Assembly (NCBI RefSeq): GCF_902459465.1
Contig: NC_047082.1
Span: forward strand, 8,122,001 to 8,186,000
Reading direction: 5' to 3'
DNA from: Asterias rubens
Lineage: Eukaryota
Length of the DNA: 64,000 bases
Shown here piece by piece: positions 36,232-48,734 of the stretch. Below the pieces are notes generated by a model. The model was given only the letters and a program-made list of their open reading frames with translations. It made no database searches and was not told the DNA's origin. The number at the start of each line of letters is the position of its first letter. Positions within the stretch are counted from its first letter, which is position 1. Both the position numbers and the translations under genes were made by a program.

Positions 36232-36709
36232 TTATTCCATCAGAGCTTTAACTCTCCGTCAAGCACAACCACCCAATTTAACAACCCACGGGAAGTTAGA
36301 CCATAGAGCGGTGATCTACAGAACCTTTTACGACGTTGACTAGCATTTGGGGAGCAGTTTTTATATCATATTAATTTCTCATATGCAGGTGTTCATAAGT
36401 ACATACCTTTTTGTCGCTCCCACGAATATCAGTGGGCGACCCCGAGTATTGTTAGGAGTACCGATTAAACTGTAAATTACACGGCCGATCATTTGGGGAA
36501 TTACCGCCTGCACCTGGTGCTCCTCGGTCTTTGCCAAATGCAGCTTATTATCGTAATGCATTTTATTACATTGCATTCGTACTCAGAGTGTTGTAGTCAG
36601 AGGTTAGTAAGCTCTCGGTTTTAATGGATCTATCTCAGCAGAATATTTACTGGAAAATGTATTAGCTGATTGTGAACCATGAATGTAAACACAAATCGGG
36701 AGTTCCAGT

Positions 36710-37092
36710 TTAAAGACAGTGGACACTATTGGTAATTGTCAAAGACTAGTCTTCACAGTTGGTGTATCTCAACATATGCATAAAATAACAAATCTGTGAA
36801 AATTTCAGCTCAATCGGTCGTCGAAGTTGTGAGATAATAATGAAAGAAAAAAACACTCTTGTCACACGAAGTTGTGTGCTTTGTGATGCTTGATTTTGAG
36901 ACCTCAAATTCTAAACTTGAGGTCTCGAAATCAAATTCGTGGAAAATTACTTCTTTCTCAAAAACTACTCCACGAGGGAGCCGTTTCTCACAATGTTTTA
37001 TAATACCAATCTCTCCCCATTACTTGCTACCAAGTAAGTTTTTATGATGATAATTATTTTGAGTTATTACCAATAGTGTCCACTGCCTTTAA
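36710..37092. mobile_element. Full-length K1 MITE, opposite orientation
   Basis: Same TIRs and interior as 23254, TTAA at both ends. Confidence 0.85.
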
Positions 37093-37977
37093 CAGAAATA
37101 TTTGTCCGGCGTTTGTTTGTAAAATCCGTATTGTAGCCTCCTTTTGTAAATGTATATCGCTTTGTATTTGTATATTTCCCTATTTAGTATTGCCTACTGC
37201 AGTTCATGTGAAGGGACCCAGTTTATCCTATTATAGTTTCCCTCGAATTATTATCATATTCCCTCGGTATAAGTTTCGTTTTGATCCTCAAACTAACTTT
37301 TAGTTCTCTCGAAATAGTGTGGATGATTGGGGGCGTTTTTGCAAGGGCAATGGCACGTATGCATTTTTCTTCTTGGTATTAAGGGCACACTATATGAGGA
37401 AATTATAAATTTCTACTGGAGCATTTCAAGGGCACCAAGGGGGCATGGAGGCAATCGCCGTCGTTGCCCACGTGTGGTATGATGGGTGGGGTTCTTTTAT
37501 GGTCATGAGGCAATGTGTGGATGTTCAGATGAGGTTTTCTCATGCATGATGCATTGTTAGGGAAGTAAATGGAGTGGAGGTCTCACCTCAGCCAGGAGTG
37601 TTCAATTGGGGGGGGGGGGTATTTTATGATTGTGGATTACTGAAGGGTTCTGTGGTGGTCATAGTCACGAGGTTTCGTGTCATAATGTCAACACAAACGT
37701 TTTAATAACAGCTTGAATCTCCCTTCTTTTCAAAAGCTTATACGTACAAAGAATATCCCTGTGAGATTTTAAGTTTTCATCGAGCTGTGTATGAATCGTG
37801 CCACAGAAATGCACATTTTGTATTTGTAACATCTCTGTTTTTTTCCCACCGCAACTTTTCGGTGTGATGATAACATGTCAAACTGACATTCCAAAAAATG
37901 AAGTTAAAGAGCAAATGAAGAAATATTCCTGACGCTGCCTCACGATAAAGTTCTGATTCTATGGACAATAGTGGGTC

Positions 37978-38654
37978 TTGGAGGCACTGGATCAATGGTA
38001 GTTACTCAAAATAATTGTTAGCTTACACACTTATTTGGTAACGAGTAATGGGGGGGGGGGGGGGGGGGGAGGCTGTTGATAGTAAAAAACATTGTGAGAA
38101 ACGGTTCCCTCTGAAGTAACGTATAGTTTTCGAGAACGAAGTAATTTTCCACGAATTTGATTTTGAGACCTCAGATTTATAATTTGAGGTCTCGAAATCA
38201 AGCATCTGAAAGCAAATAACTTCGTGTGACAAGGGTGTTTTTTCTGTCATTATTATCTCGCAACTTTGAGGCACTGGACACTTTTGGTAATTATCAAAAT
38301 AATTATTAGCATAAAAACCTTACTCGGCAACGAGTAATGGAGAGCTGTTGATAGTAAAACACACTGTGAGAAACAACTCACTCTTATAAGTAACGTAGTT
38401 TTTGAGAAAGAAGCAATTTCTCACTAAAATATTTGAACTCGGGGTTCGAGACCTCAGATTTAGATTGTGAGGTCTCGAAACCAAGCATCTGAAAGAACAC
38501 AACTTGTGCAACCAGGACGAAGTATTCATCCATTATTCTCTCGCAATTTTGACGACCAATTGAGCTGAAATTTTCACAGGTTTCTGCATATGTTGAGATG
38601 CACAAGTGAGAAGACTGGTCTTTGACAATTACCAATTGTGTCCAGTATCTTTAA
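37978..38654. mobile_element. Two head-to-tail K1 MITE copies (truncated 37978-38265, near-full 38266-38654)
   Basis: The K1 interior is repeated twice (GAGACCTCAGATTT..TGAGGTCTCGAAA); right end TTAA at 38651-38654. Confidence 0.8.
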
Positions 38655-38814
38655 AGTGCAGTGACGAATTGCAAGAGAATTAGCAGGTTCGTAGCAATCG
38701 TAATTTTTATCACTATCAAATTATGATTTAACTTTGTTTTCGGATATTATGGTAACTCTATTATTAGTGAATACCAATTGTCATCTTACTCCAACAGAGT
38801 CAGACTATACTGGG

Positions 38815-39196
38815 TTAAAGGGTCTATGTACTTTTTGTAGGACAAAAAACACAATGTCTACAGATTTATACTAAACTTACACCGTTTGAAGATAATGATG
38901 GTCGAAAGATTCCCTGAAAATATTAGTTGCTGAGGTGCTGTATTTTTTGAGAAATGAGTAAAACATTGTCATGAAAATAATTTTCGTCTCAGTGATCATG
39001 AGACAAAAAATTGTTTAGCATGTAAAAACGTATTTTCATGACATTGTTGTACTCATTTCTCAAAAACTACAGCACCTCAGCAACTAACATTTTAATGTAC
39101 GCCGCTTTCTACTATCATTATCTTCAAACGGTGTAAGTGTAATGTAAATCTGTGGACATTGTGTTTTGTGTTACAAAAAGTACCCAAATCCTTTAA
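38815..39196. mobile_element. TTAA-flanked MITE, family K2 (Kolobok-like)
   Basis: TTAAAGGG..TTTTTGTAGGACAAAAAACACAATGTC ... GACATTGTGTTTTGTGTTACAAAAAG..CCTTTAA. Confidence 0.8.
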
Positions 39197-42100
39197 GCAC
39201 AGAGGAGTTTACAAGGTGTATAAACGGCTTCAACCGTTGGCAAAGTAAGCCCAGCCCACTCATGTAAAAACGTATCATGGAAATTAGCAGTTGATGCCCA
39301 TTGTGGTTGGGAACTTTTCCTGTTGGGAATACCATGGAAAAACAATAAATAAACAATGTTCATGCCAACAATATTCATTTTGTTCCTCACGATTTTAAGA
39401 ATGTTGGCGACTAAAGTTTCTTGATGCTTACGACAGCAGATCAAACTAGCACATACGTACGACCCCATACGCTTGTTATGCGATCATTAATTGATTTACT
39501 GGGTGACCCTAAGTGACCTCAAAAATCTTAGCAGTTCGTTTACAAGGAATGCTGCACCTGTTACCGTATCATATAACAGTGTTGTGGCACACCCCAGTGG
39601 GATTCATGGGTGTGCAACTAGCAGGACTTTGCCCCGTTGTGACTTCAGGGGCACGCAGTCGTGGAAAGATCACGTACTTTGGCAGCCACATTGGCGCCTT
39701 TTATGTGTGATAATTTTCTTCCAAAGCTAATTAGTTCGGTCAAGGGTCCAAACTGGTGGAGACGTTACCCTAGTTAGAAGCTGCAATCCAGGGGCGATTG
39801 AGTACTACACACCCTTGGCTAAAAAGCCACACATTATAACACCACGCAGGCACTTGGTGAGGGGTTCGACCACTTGGCTACACTTATGGAGCCTAGCTAT
39901 ACTCAGTGCGCACACTACGCACGGCCTGATACCTTTCATGTACCGGCAGTGCTGTATTGTTCACCTGTCAATGAGGCCACGCCCCAAACTCATTTGAATA
40001 CAGCTGGCACGCGCCAGACCCTGTCATTCAAGTGGCGGCACGCGACATGAACACTTCGCACTAAAGGATTTGCACCGATTTCTCAACGAAGTCACTTTCT
40101 CTGGATATCATATTACCAATTTCCTTGAAGGATTTTTGACAACAAAAAATCAAAATAAAAACGGGACAAGTGGATGGGAGATGGCCTCTCCATAGGATGA
40201 TAAAGATGCCGTGGATATATTGGACTGAGGACTTTTGCAGATTGCCGATGGGGTGCTATGGTCTCATGACCGGCCCAAGGGATTTAACCATCGGCAATAG
40301 TCCGGCATTTTCTTCCTTTGAATATGGCAGACCTGGACATCTTTTGTTTCCGGAGTTTCGCCTCAATTCGTGGGGAAATCGGCAAAATTTGCACCTGTTT
40401 TGAACTCAGGAAAAAGGCCAGTGCCGAACCAGTGATCATGGTCTGCGTGTGGAGTGCCCAGGGAAATCGCATAATTGACACCGATTTTGCGGCCGCGTTT
40501 CTTATGGCACATAAGTTATTGAAGGGGGTTCGTGAGTGCAATGACCACAAGTCTTCAACTGATAATTTAACGACGAAGAGTTGTAACCTTTAAACACACG
40601 GTAAGTTGGCTTTCGACAGCATTATAAAATTCTCCTTTATTTTACCATAAAGCTGGGCTACTTTTCATAATTTGACTCCGACTAATAACTTTAAAGTATG
40701 TCGTCTTGCAAGCTTGTTAATTAACATTCTAAAGTGCTCATGATGGAGAAGTGAGTTTTTTTCGGGTTATTGTTGTACATTTTGAAAGAAAGTTTCCCGT
40801 ATTATGGACTATTCACAGACAGTTGTTCGATATTTAACTAAATATTTGGGGCCAAATCATATTCGACGGCCAGAAAAAAACATCTAACAAATTTAACCAC
40901 ACAGCATGCAATGACCATTTTATGATCAAGACAATACGTTGTCTTCTATATGTTTTCACTTGAGCTGTGTACGAAATCGTGGAAGCACAGGTTCCTCGGC
41001 TCTTTTATAGTACAAGTCGCATAACCTAGTGTTGCCAGTTATTACTATTTAGGTGAAAGTATTAAGTTCGTGTGGAATGGCATGTATCATTGGTTGCGTG
41101 GGAAATTGTCACTAAAACTCCATGCCTCATAAAGTTATACAAAAGTCCCCTTTAATTATGGTCGTCAATAACCACGTGTACAGGTGTGCTGAGATGGTAT
41201 CACTTGCCTAATGACCATGTGTTGACCGAATAACGTTTATTCCTATACAATATGTTCTTGCATCTCAAGCGAGCGGCCTGCAAGTTTGATCACATATCCA
41301 TTTAATTTTAGGACGATCAGAGCATACTGATCGAAACGTCGAGTTGAAACCTTCGGTTATTTTCAGACCACCAGCTCAATGTTAGAGATAACCATTACAT
41401 GGTGCTGTCGCAAACCTTGCTATATTGTATTTCCATCTTGCAAAGTTTCAAATCCAGAAACGATCACCAGAGCCGAATCAGGTCGTGCACTTAGGAAAGT
41501 CTAAACGCAAAAAGGCAGAAACAGACCCGGCTCAAGATCCAGCAATTTTAATGTATTTTTTTTGAGGAGGGTTGAATCCGGTGAGTGGTGGATCAGATCC
41601 AACCGGGAAAGTGGATTCTGAAAATGGATTCTGAAAATAATGTGTACAAAAATGCAAAAGTGGACCAGACACCGCAATTATTCGACCTGGCCGTCTCTGG
41701 TGTCGCTAGGTAGGAGTTGTTCAAGTTCACTCGTATCGGAGTGACTGTCGATCCTTGACAGGACAATGTTTTTTCCCACCTGAAATGGGTTTTTTTTTTT
41801 TTTTTTTTTTGGGGGGGGGGGCACTGCTAGTAAAGCACATCAATTATACAAGTATCTTACATCTTACTTTTTGTGGGCTGTCTTGAGAAACATGAAGTGG
41901 CATTGCGAGTTGACTTGTGATTTTGTTCGGCAAGTAACCTCCACAGTCCACTTTGAGCAAACTGACAGATGGTTGCAGCACATTGGGGGTTGCATCAAAC
42001 TGCCCCCCCCCCCCCTTGAAGACGAGCAGAGTACTGTTTGAACCGTTGGGACCAACCGGCTCGTTTCAGAGGCAACACTCCTACAAAAACGAATTATTAC

Positions 42101-42746
42101 ATGCTTGTATACCCGCAAGTTTACTATTATGTATAGTTTATTAATAAACTGTAGGAAGGGTTGTTAGAATATTACACAGTTGTTGTTTCCGATCTGACAT
42201 GTGGAAGTTTGCATGGACACAAGAAACAAACTGTATTGTCTCTCCATAATAATGGGCTTTCTGTTCAGAGCACTTACCAGACTTTGAAAACCAACAACGG
42301 TCTCCGGTCCTTACAGAATCATAGAGAAAGGACCACATTTCTCTATCACAGAATTCACCCTCTTCTCAATCAGCTGGACTCAAAAGTTGATAATACAACA
42401 AGGGTGTAATTGTGAGTTTCTGGTCACCGGGGGGCACGTTGACGCCACAAGACTCCTTCAGAGAGAAAAGAAACCCATCAGAGGTGAAAGAAAACAGGAG
42501 AATTGGACAACGCAGCGAAGGGAGTGCAGTGACAAGTGAGATGGTGAAAGACAAGAACCCCGGAGCGACATGTTTGAAGAGACTGACTGCACGGTACCCA
42601 ACCACGAAGACGTTTTCTTAATTGTTATATATTTTATTATTCGCTGTGGTCTATTCATTTGAATCATAAAACAACCGAAAAGGCTGACACTACTCAAATT
42701 GACAAAACGAGTCAATGAAAACATAATATGCATACATCTAATTTTT

Positions 42747-42890
42747 TAGCCTTCGAGAAAGACTCTGCTAGGTCGAAACGTCAGACCTTTTTAAAACTAT
42801 TTTGTTTGCATTATACCATCAAATGTCCTTGTGGTTGGTAGCAGTTTGCAGCAGGTAATTTTGTTTTCTCATTGAAAATATCTTAAGTAT
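42747..42890 (+). mobile_element. Hammerhead-like motif plus flank, Penelope-like fragment
   Basis: TAGCCT-TCGAGAA-A-GAC TCTGCTAG GTC-GAAACGTC-AGACC, followed by about 100 bp shared with other copies. Confidence 0.6.
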
Positions 42891-45193
42891 ACACCAACCT
42901 CGTGCAGCAGGTGTGCCACAATATTAGTGATTGAAGGGGAACACAAAGTTGTATTTATGTTAAGAAACCACAGAATAAATAAAATAGTTTATGCCTTTAA
43001 TTACGATCCTCTTTCTAAAATGGCTTCATGACAAAAACTATAGCTGGAAATCTGCGGGCACAACCACGGAGGGTCTAGCTATAAAGTTCCTTCATCCATT
43101 AACAAGGAAGGATCAACCATGTAGGCATACACGACTCTTTGGGGAAAAAGTTTTTGTTTCCAAGAAGAACCGGTGTGGTCTTTTCGATTTATGTTTCAAA
43201 GTGGAAATCTGACTCAAAGTACGTAAAAAGTACTTTTGGAAATCTGTTTCGCAGCTGTCTGACTGGCCTCTCCAATAAATCTATGGTGAAAATACTTGAC
43301 TTGCCTTGATCCTTACTGTGTGGTCAGTCCAATCAAGAGCTGTACGTGGAAGTTCAGCTGAAGTTGAGTTGTACAAGAGACGTCTTTATGAAAGTCAGTG
43401 TTTGAGAGAGTTCGTAATTTGGGTCCTTTTTCTAGGCGTATTGCCTGTTTTCGTTTCATAGTGTAGACCTCTCACCTATAATGGTGGTTCTATTCAGCTC
43501 ACTGGTGTTCAGTTTCCTGAAACAAGGAGGGCATAGTAGCTAGCACTTAAAGGCACTGGATACATTTGGTAACTGCCAGAGACCAGTATTCTCACGTGAT
43601 GTAGGATAACAAACTTGTGAAACGTTTCTCTCAATTGATAATCGAAATTGCAAGAGAATAAGGAAATAAAAAGAAAAAACACACAATTTTGTACACAAAC
43701 CGTTGTGCTTTCAGATGCCTAACACTTTTTTGTAGACAATATTTGAGTGGAAAATTACTACGTTATACTTCAGAGGGAGCCAGTATTTAGTTTTTCTTTT
43801 TCTACCACACAGGAGAAGTTGAAAATGGCTCCTGATAAGAAAGATCTCTAACGCTCCATTATAAATCTGGACATATCAAATGACCGATTGATAGATCGTC
43901 CTGTGACCTACAGTGCAATGAATCGTGATTGACTAAAATACCAGTTTGTTCGACTTTAATTATTGTATCAACATTTATCAAACGGTGTGTTCCAACATTG
44001 ATATAGCAGGCCTGATTCTGATACTACACACGGAGGAAGGCGATTGCCTCCAGTGCCACTGGGCTTGCCTTGGTGCCCTTAAAGTATCCAGGAGAATTTT
44101 ACAGTTTTCTCATGGTCATCAGGGTGCCCTTCAAGGTGAAAATGCCTTGGCGCCCTCGCCTTTTCAAAAACGAAGCATATAGCCTACAGGCCTGTATAAT
44201 TCCACCCTTGCTTTCATTTTATTTTGTACCAACAGCAATTAATGGCACAGATTACATTTCGTCTCAGCATATATTAATCGAGCAATGGCATGAGAACTTT
44301 ATGATCTAGAGCAAGAAATTGAGAAGATAATGTGGGCTCGTGCACCCACACACTCCCAGCATGTGGCAGCCCACACCCTCTGCTAGTCCCACTCCACTCA
44401 CACCCTCTCCCTCCCCAGGCTCGCATCCAGCGGCGTCCGACCATTTCCTGACCCTTGCATTCCAACTGCAAACTTTCAACCTAACATGACTGTTAACGTT
44501 GTCAACGAATGTCTTCTGGTTCACAAACTGTTTTTTTTTGCTTATTGGTGTTGTTAGTGTACATATACATGTACACATGTACGAGTGCATTTCTGTGCGT
44601 GTTTGTCACCAAAGGATGGACCAAGGGCAAAGTTGAACCATTAGAGGCACTGGACACTATTGGTAATTACTCAAAATAATTGTTGCCATAATTAATAAAA
44701 ACTTATTTGGTAAAGAGCAATGGAGAGCTGTTGGTAGTATAACACATTGTGAGAAGCGGCTACGAACAATAAGGGGGCTGGATAAATAATCACAAAAACA
44801 GAACAACACCTTTACAAATTATTCATAAACAGATAAATTGCAAAAGTTTTGGACATTCTTTCTTAGCATCCTAACATTTTGCAGTTATAATCTAAGTCGT
44901 CAGAATGAACAATCAAATAACAATAAACAACACAGACAAGAGAAAAAACACGTGCAAAAGCCATGGTCGCAACAAGCTAAACGTACAGCGAAAACAAAAT
45001 TCAATTTACGAAAAAAAAATTACCCAGTGCCAAATCAATCTTTCCATCCATTCGCTGGCAGGCACTTTGCTTTGATTATTTTGTTGCGTTCACCCATCTA
45101 GCACCTTGGCCCTCTTTTTTTTGTTAATCGGTGCCTGATAGGACTAATCTTAGAGGCATTGTTGACTAGGCACAGGTGTTCACTGGAAGATAC

Positions 45194-45209
45194 CAGACAG
45201 GCTGGCGCC
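45194..45209 (-). promoter_or_regulatory. Bipartite BMP-Smad element GGCGCC-N5-GTCTG
   Basis: Plus strand CAGAC AGGCT GGCGCC, about 3.5 kb upstream of the ID ATG. Confidence 0.7.
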
Positions 45210-46899
45210 TGTAGGGTTATCGAGGTCAACATGGTAAATAGTTCGACCCGCTCCGCTGAGTGCAGTACATTGCGGCTCACTCCCCCGGCCGCCTCCCGGA
45301 CCACGGAGCGCCATTTCTCTCTCTCAGGCTCATTGGGACCTCTCCAAAAGCTCTCTTCAATATTTGTCAAAAATCTTATCCTAGTTTTTCTGTAACTTAT
45401 TAAAGGTCCCCCCTGACTGGAAAACATTATGGACTTATTCAAATAATAATCACGTGTTGCAAGACTAAAACACAAAAACCAAAATGTAAAGTCAAACTTT
45501 ATTCCAAAGTTCTGATCAAGAAATAAACGTCCCGAATCTCATTTTGGATGTTCTTTGTTTTGCTGTTTTCTTATAATGATGTTTCTGTTATGAAGTGGTA
45601 ATTTGGCCAGTCCAAGTATAGTGTTATAACGAACAAGAGTCGCATGTATGAAACCTTTAAGATTTCTTTAAATCATTCATCGACTAGAATGCAGCTACCC
45701 GGTGTAAAAAGAAACCCCAAATTCCATCAAACTGCTGTATTAAAATCGGTCATTATTTTGTGCACACAATTAAAGAGAAATGATGTCATCGCCATAGAAA
45801 TGGCATTGTAGCCTACTCCTCCACGTGGAATGTTTGTTCGAATCTAGGTCAGCTTAATACCATGATATTTGTTTAACTTTTTTTTAATACTATTTTTTAT
45901 TATTATAATTTTATTTTATTCCATAAGCAATAAAAAAAACATACAAATACTACGAATCAAAGAAAGGCATACACAAAAAGACCTAAGGTGCAATAAACGA
46001 GAAAACGTTTTTGAACAATAATGTGACCGGGTATTACGAGACCCCCAGAGTTTGTATTCTTCCTTATTGTAAGATTAGGACAGATGACATTTCCCAGATC
46101 AAGATTGTTGACTCGAAGAAGCGTATTGGAGGAACCATGGAGGAATAATTTATTCCTCCATAGAGGAACTAAACATTTTGACAGCTTTGCACATCATCCA
46201 CTGTGTACAGTGTTAGTGAACTGGAGGTACCAAATAAACGTCGTAGCACTACCTCCATACCTTAATCATTTGATTACCTTTAAAAAGCAGGTCAGTAAGT
46301 TTTTGAGCGGACGACGTGATGCTTTTTCGTTTGAAGATTGCATTTTATATGGGACGTAAAGACATTGTCGACAAGGATGTTGGTATCCACAAAGAGAAAC
46401 AAAACTAATTCGCTATGATCGTCCATCGTTATTTGAACCCAAAAGTTGATTACGTGTGTTTTTAAAAGATAGGGCAATAACTTTGAAGGAGTTGACATTA
46501 TCGAAATTCAAAATAACAGAGTTGTTTAACGACAAGGGCGATTGATCAAAGTTCAACCCTTCTCTATGATTCAACATGGTTCAACATGGTTGGTCCTTGC
46601 TCTATGGTTCAACTCACTCAAGGAACAAAACTGCAGCTGAAAGGTTTTCTCCTAGTCCTATAAAAAAGTTTTAATAGCTTAAAAATGTCTGGGCCTGCAA
46701 CACCCGCTGAACAACCAACGGTCTCTGCAGCTGGCAATGTATCGGCATGGACCACATGTGATTACAGTTGTAGGGTAACAATGCTGACAGGCGCGGGGTG
46801 CTAACGATTTTGGGTACCACTATTTGCAGAACCCTTGAATACCTCAAGTGGGCACCGCTACTTGAGCCCCCAGATAACTTAGTGTAATTTACAGCACAA

Positions 46900-46915
46900 G
46901 GCGCCAGCTTGTCTG
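46900..46915 (+). promoter_or_regulatory. Bipartite BMP-Smad element GGCGCC-N5-GTCTG
   Basis: GGCGCC AGCTT GTCTG, about 1.8 kb upstream of the ID ATG. Confidence 0.7.
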
Positions 46916-47960
46916 GAGGGTCGTGGCGCTACGTAAACTTTCTTGTTCGCACTAAACCCCAACAACAAACGTGCCAAATGCCAGCTGTGCTGTCAAGACC
47001 TAGAGCCTGGACGCCGAGCCCGTATTGATTGCACCATAGCGGAGGCGATGGTATTTGGAAACCAATTCTTCCGCCCATTACGAGCCCTTTACAAAACCGT
47101 GTGAAAAGTAGGTTTCATATTAAGCTGTGAAGACTAACTTCTCTATTTGAAGATTTTGTGTTCATGATTTTAAGAAAAACATTCAAGAAGAATCTTTACT
47201 TTAATATTTATATATAATGATAGACACATTAGTAATTGTAATTCACAACTGCAAAGTTTTAGGGTTTGGTTGGACAAATTAAAATATTTTTAATTGATGT
47301 TTTGTTGGAGTCCAATTTGGGAAAACATTTAGCAATTTGTAATTACAGAACTTTGGTTTTGGTTAAATTAAATTTAAAAAAGATTAATAATTGGAGTCCA
47401 GTTATGTTTAACTTTTTAAAGAAATACTGACTGTTGTTTTTTCTCAAAGATCGCGTAATTGTACTTTCATTTCCAAAGCACCGCAGATACACATAATATT
47501 GCCTTAAATGTCATCGAAAGGGAAGCACATTCCATGTCAGTACAACCATAAAGGTAGGGCTGCCCAACACCACACGCGTTACAGAAGCAGCCACAGGTTA
47601 AAACAGCGGGGTGTCAGTGTTGACTATAGACATTTTAAACACGCCTAATTTATTCACATAATTTACTAGCAAATCAATTCAACATATCACTTTTTTGGGT
47701 GACAGAAAACACTCCGAAAAAAAGAAGAAAAAAAATCCCCAGCAAAATCCGGGTGTGAAACTATGTCCTTGCTGACTTATTGGCGAGGGTTGATAATTAG
47801 CGTAGAAAAGAAGTACGCAGATTGCAGGTGTGCCTGTGCGAACTGACACCGGTTCGGAGGTGGCGATTTAAAAACCTATTTATCACCTCTCAATGGCGTG
47901 TAAGTAATTGACTGAAGCGCGGCACCCTTGTGTTCCACTTTGATTGACAGGGCGGTTGCT

Positions 47961-48036
47961 GGGGCGACCGCCATCTTGTCGCCAGCCTGTACGCAGTGAG
48001 AATGGGTGACGTCACACGGCCGGCGCCGGTCTGGCT
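47961..48036 (+). promoter_or_regulatory. Conserved ID upstream element (Bicore1 / Id1 BMP-response-element-like)
   Basis: GGCGACCGCC..CGCCAGCCTG..GAATGGGTGACGTCAC..GGCGCC.GTCTG. CRE TGACGTCA at 48007-48014, GGCGCC at 48022-48027, GTCT at 48029-48032, YY1-like CGCCATCTT at 47969-47977. Matches the vertebrate Id1 element as recalled from memory. Confidence 0.8.
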
Positions 48037-48359
48037 GAACGTTCTGTTGTTGATTGTAGCTAACACTCACCAATTAATCACGTGTCAATTCTTATTCAGA
48101 TCTTTATGCGAAAGATACACAACCACACTGGGCCCAGATGTTCAACACCGGCTCCCAAACAGCTAAATCTCTTTTGGGGTGAGGATAAAAAACCCAACCT
48201 CAGAAAACCCCCCAGAGAAACAAGGTTTTTTGGCTTATTTTTTTTTCTTCAAGTGAAAACCGAGAGAATTTTGAAAGCAAATGTGTGGTTGTAGACATTA
48301 AAAGGGGCGTGTAGATGTTCGGAGATCGGTAAAGTCAGCTTTGGTCCGATATGCCGCAG

Positions 48360-48500
48360 GGTAATGCTGATTGACATAGGGGGCGTACAGCTCCAACCTG
48401 ATTGGTCAATACGGTGTCACCGCTGTCAGTGCGCTCCTAAAGTTCCCACAGTCGGCTTGCCATAATTAATCAGTTTGCGCACGCTCATTGGTCGAGAGCA
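48360..48500 (+). promoter_or_regulatory. ID proximal promoter with CCAAT (ATTGG) boxes
   Basis: CTGATTGGTCAAT at about 48398-48410, CATTGGTC at about 48486-48493 and TTCCCACA at about 48443, in a GC-raised region 250-350 bp upstream of the ATG. Confidence 0.5.
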
Positions 48501-48734
48501 TATTTCGGCATTAGATCAATGCAGCCAGCTGATGTGAAATTTGTGTACAGATAACTCGTAGCAAGCATCAGATGTGTAGGATAGCCCAGTCGTGGATGGT
48601 TGAGACGAGAAAAACCCACGGTCATTACCACACAGTGTTAGAAACCTAAATACTTCCATCTCTCACTTCAACATCGAAGTTATTTCGCCAGTATATTTTT
48701 GACACTTGCGCAGGGATTATTACCCACGTTAAGT

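Noticed and set aside
24000-47000. Many 60-130 aa ORFs in the desert (e.g. 22837-23238, 40318-40593, 42412-42621, 45098-45475)
   Set aside because: No recognisable domains or consistent exon chains; many overlap MITEs or SINEs. Non-coding transcripts cannot be excluded.
48699-48734. ORF-track start of ID at 48699
   Set aside because: That start is TTG; the first in-frame ATG (48735, A at -3, MK start typical of ID proteins) is preferred.
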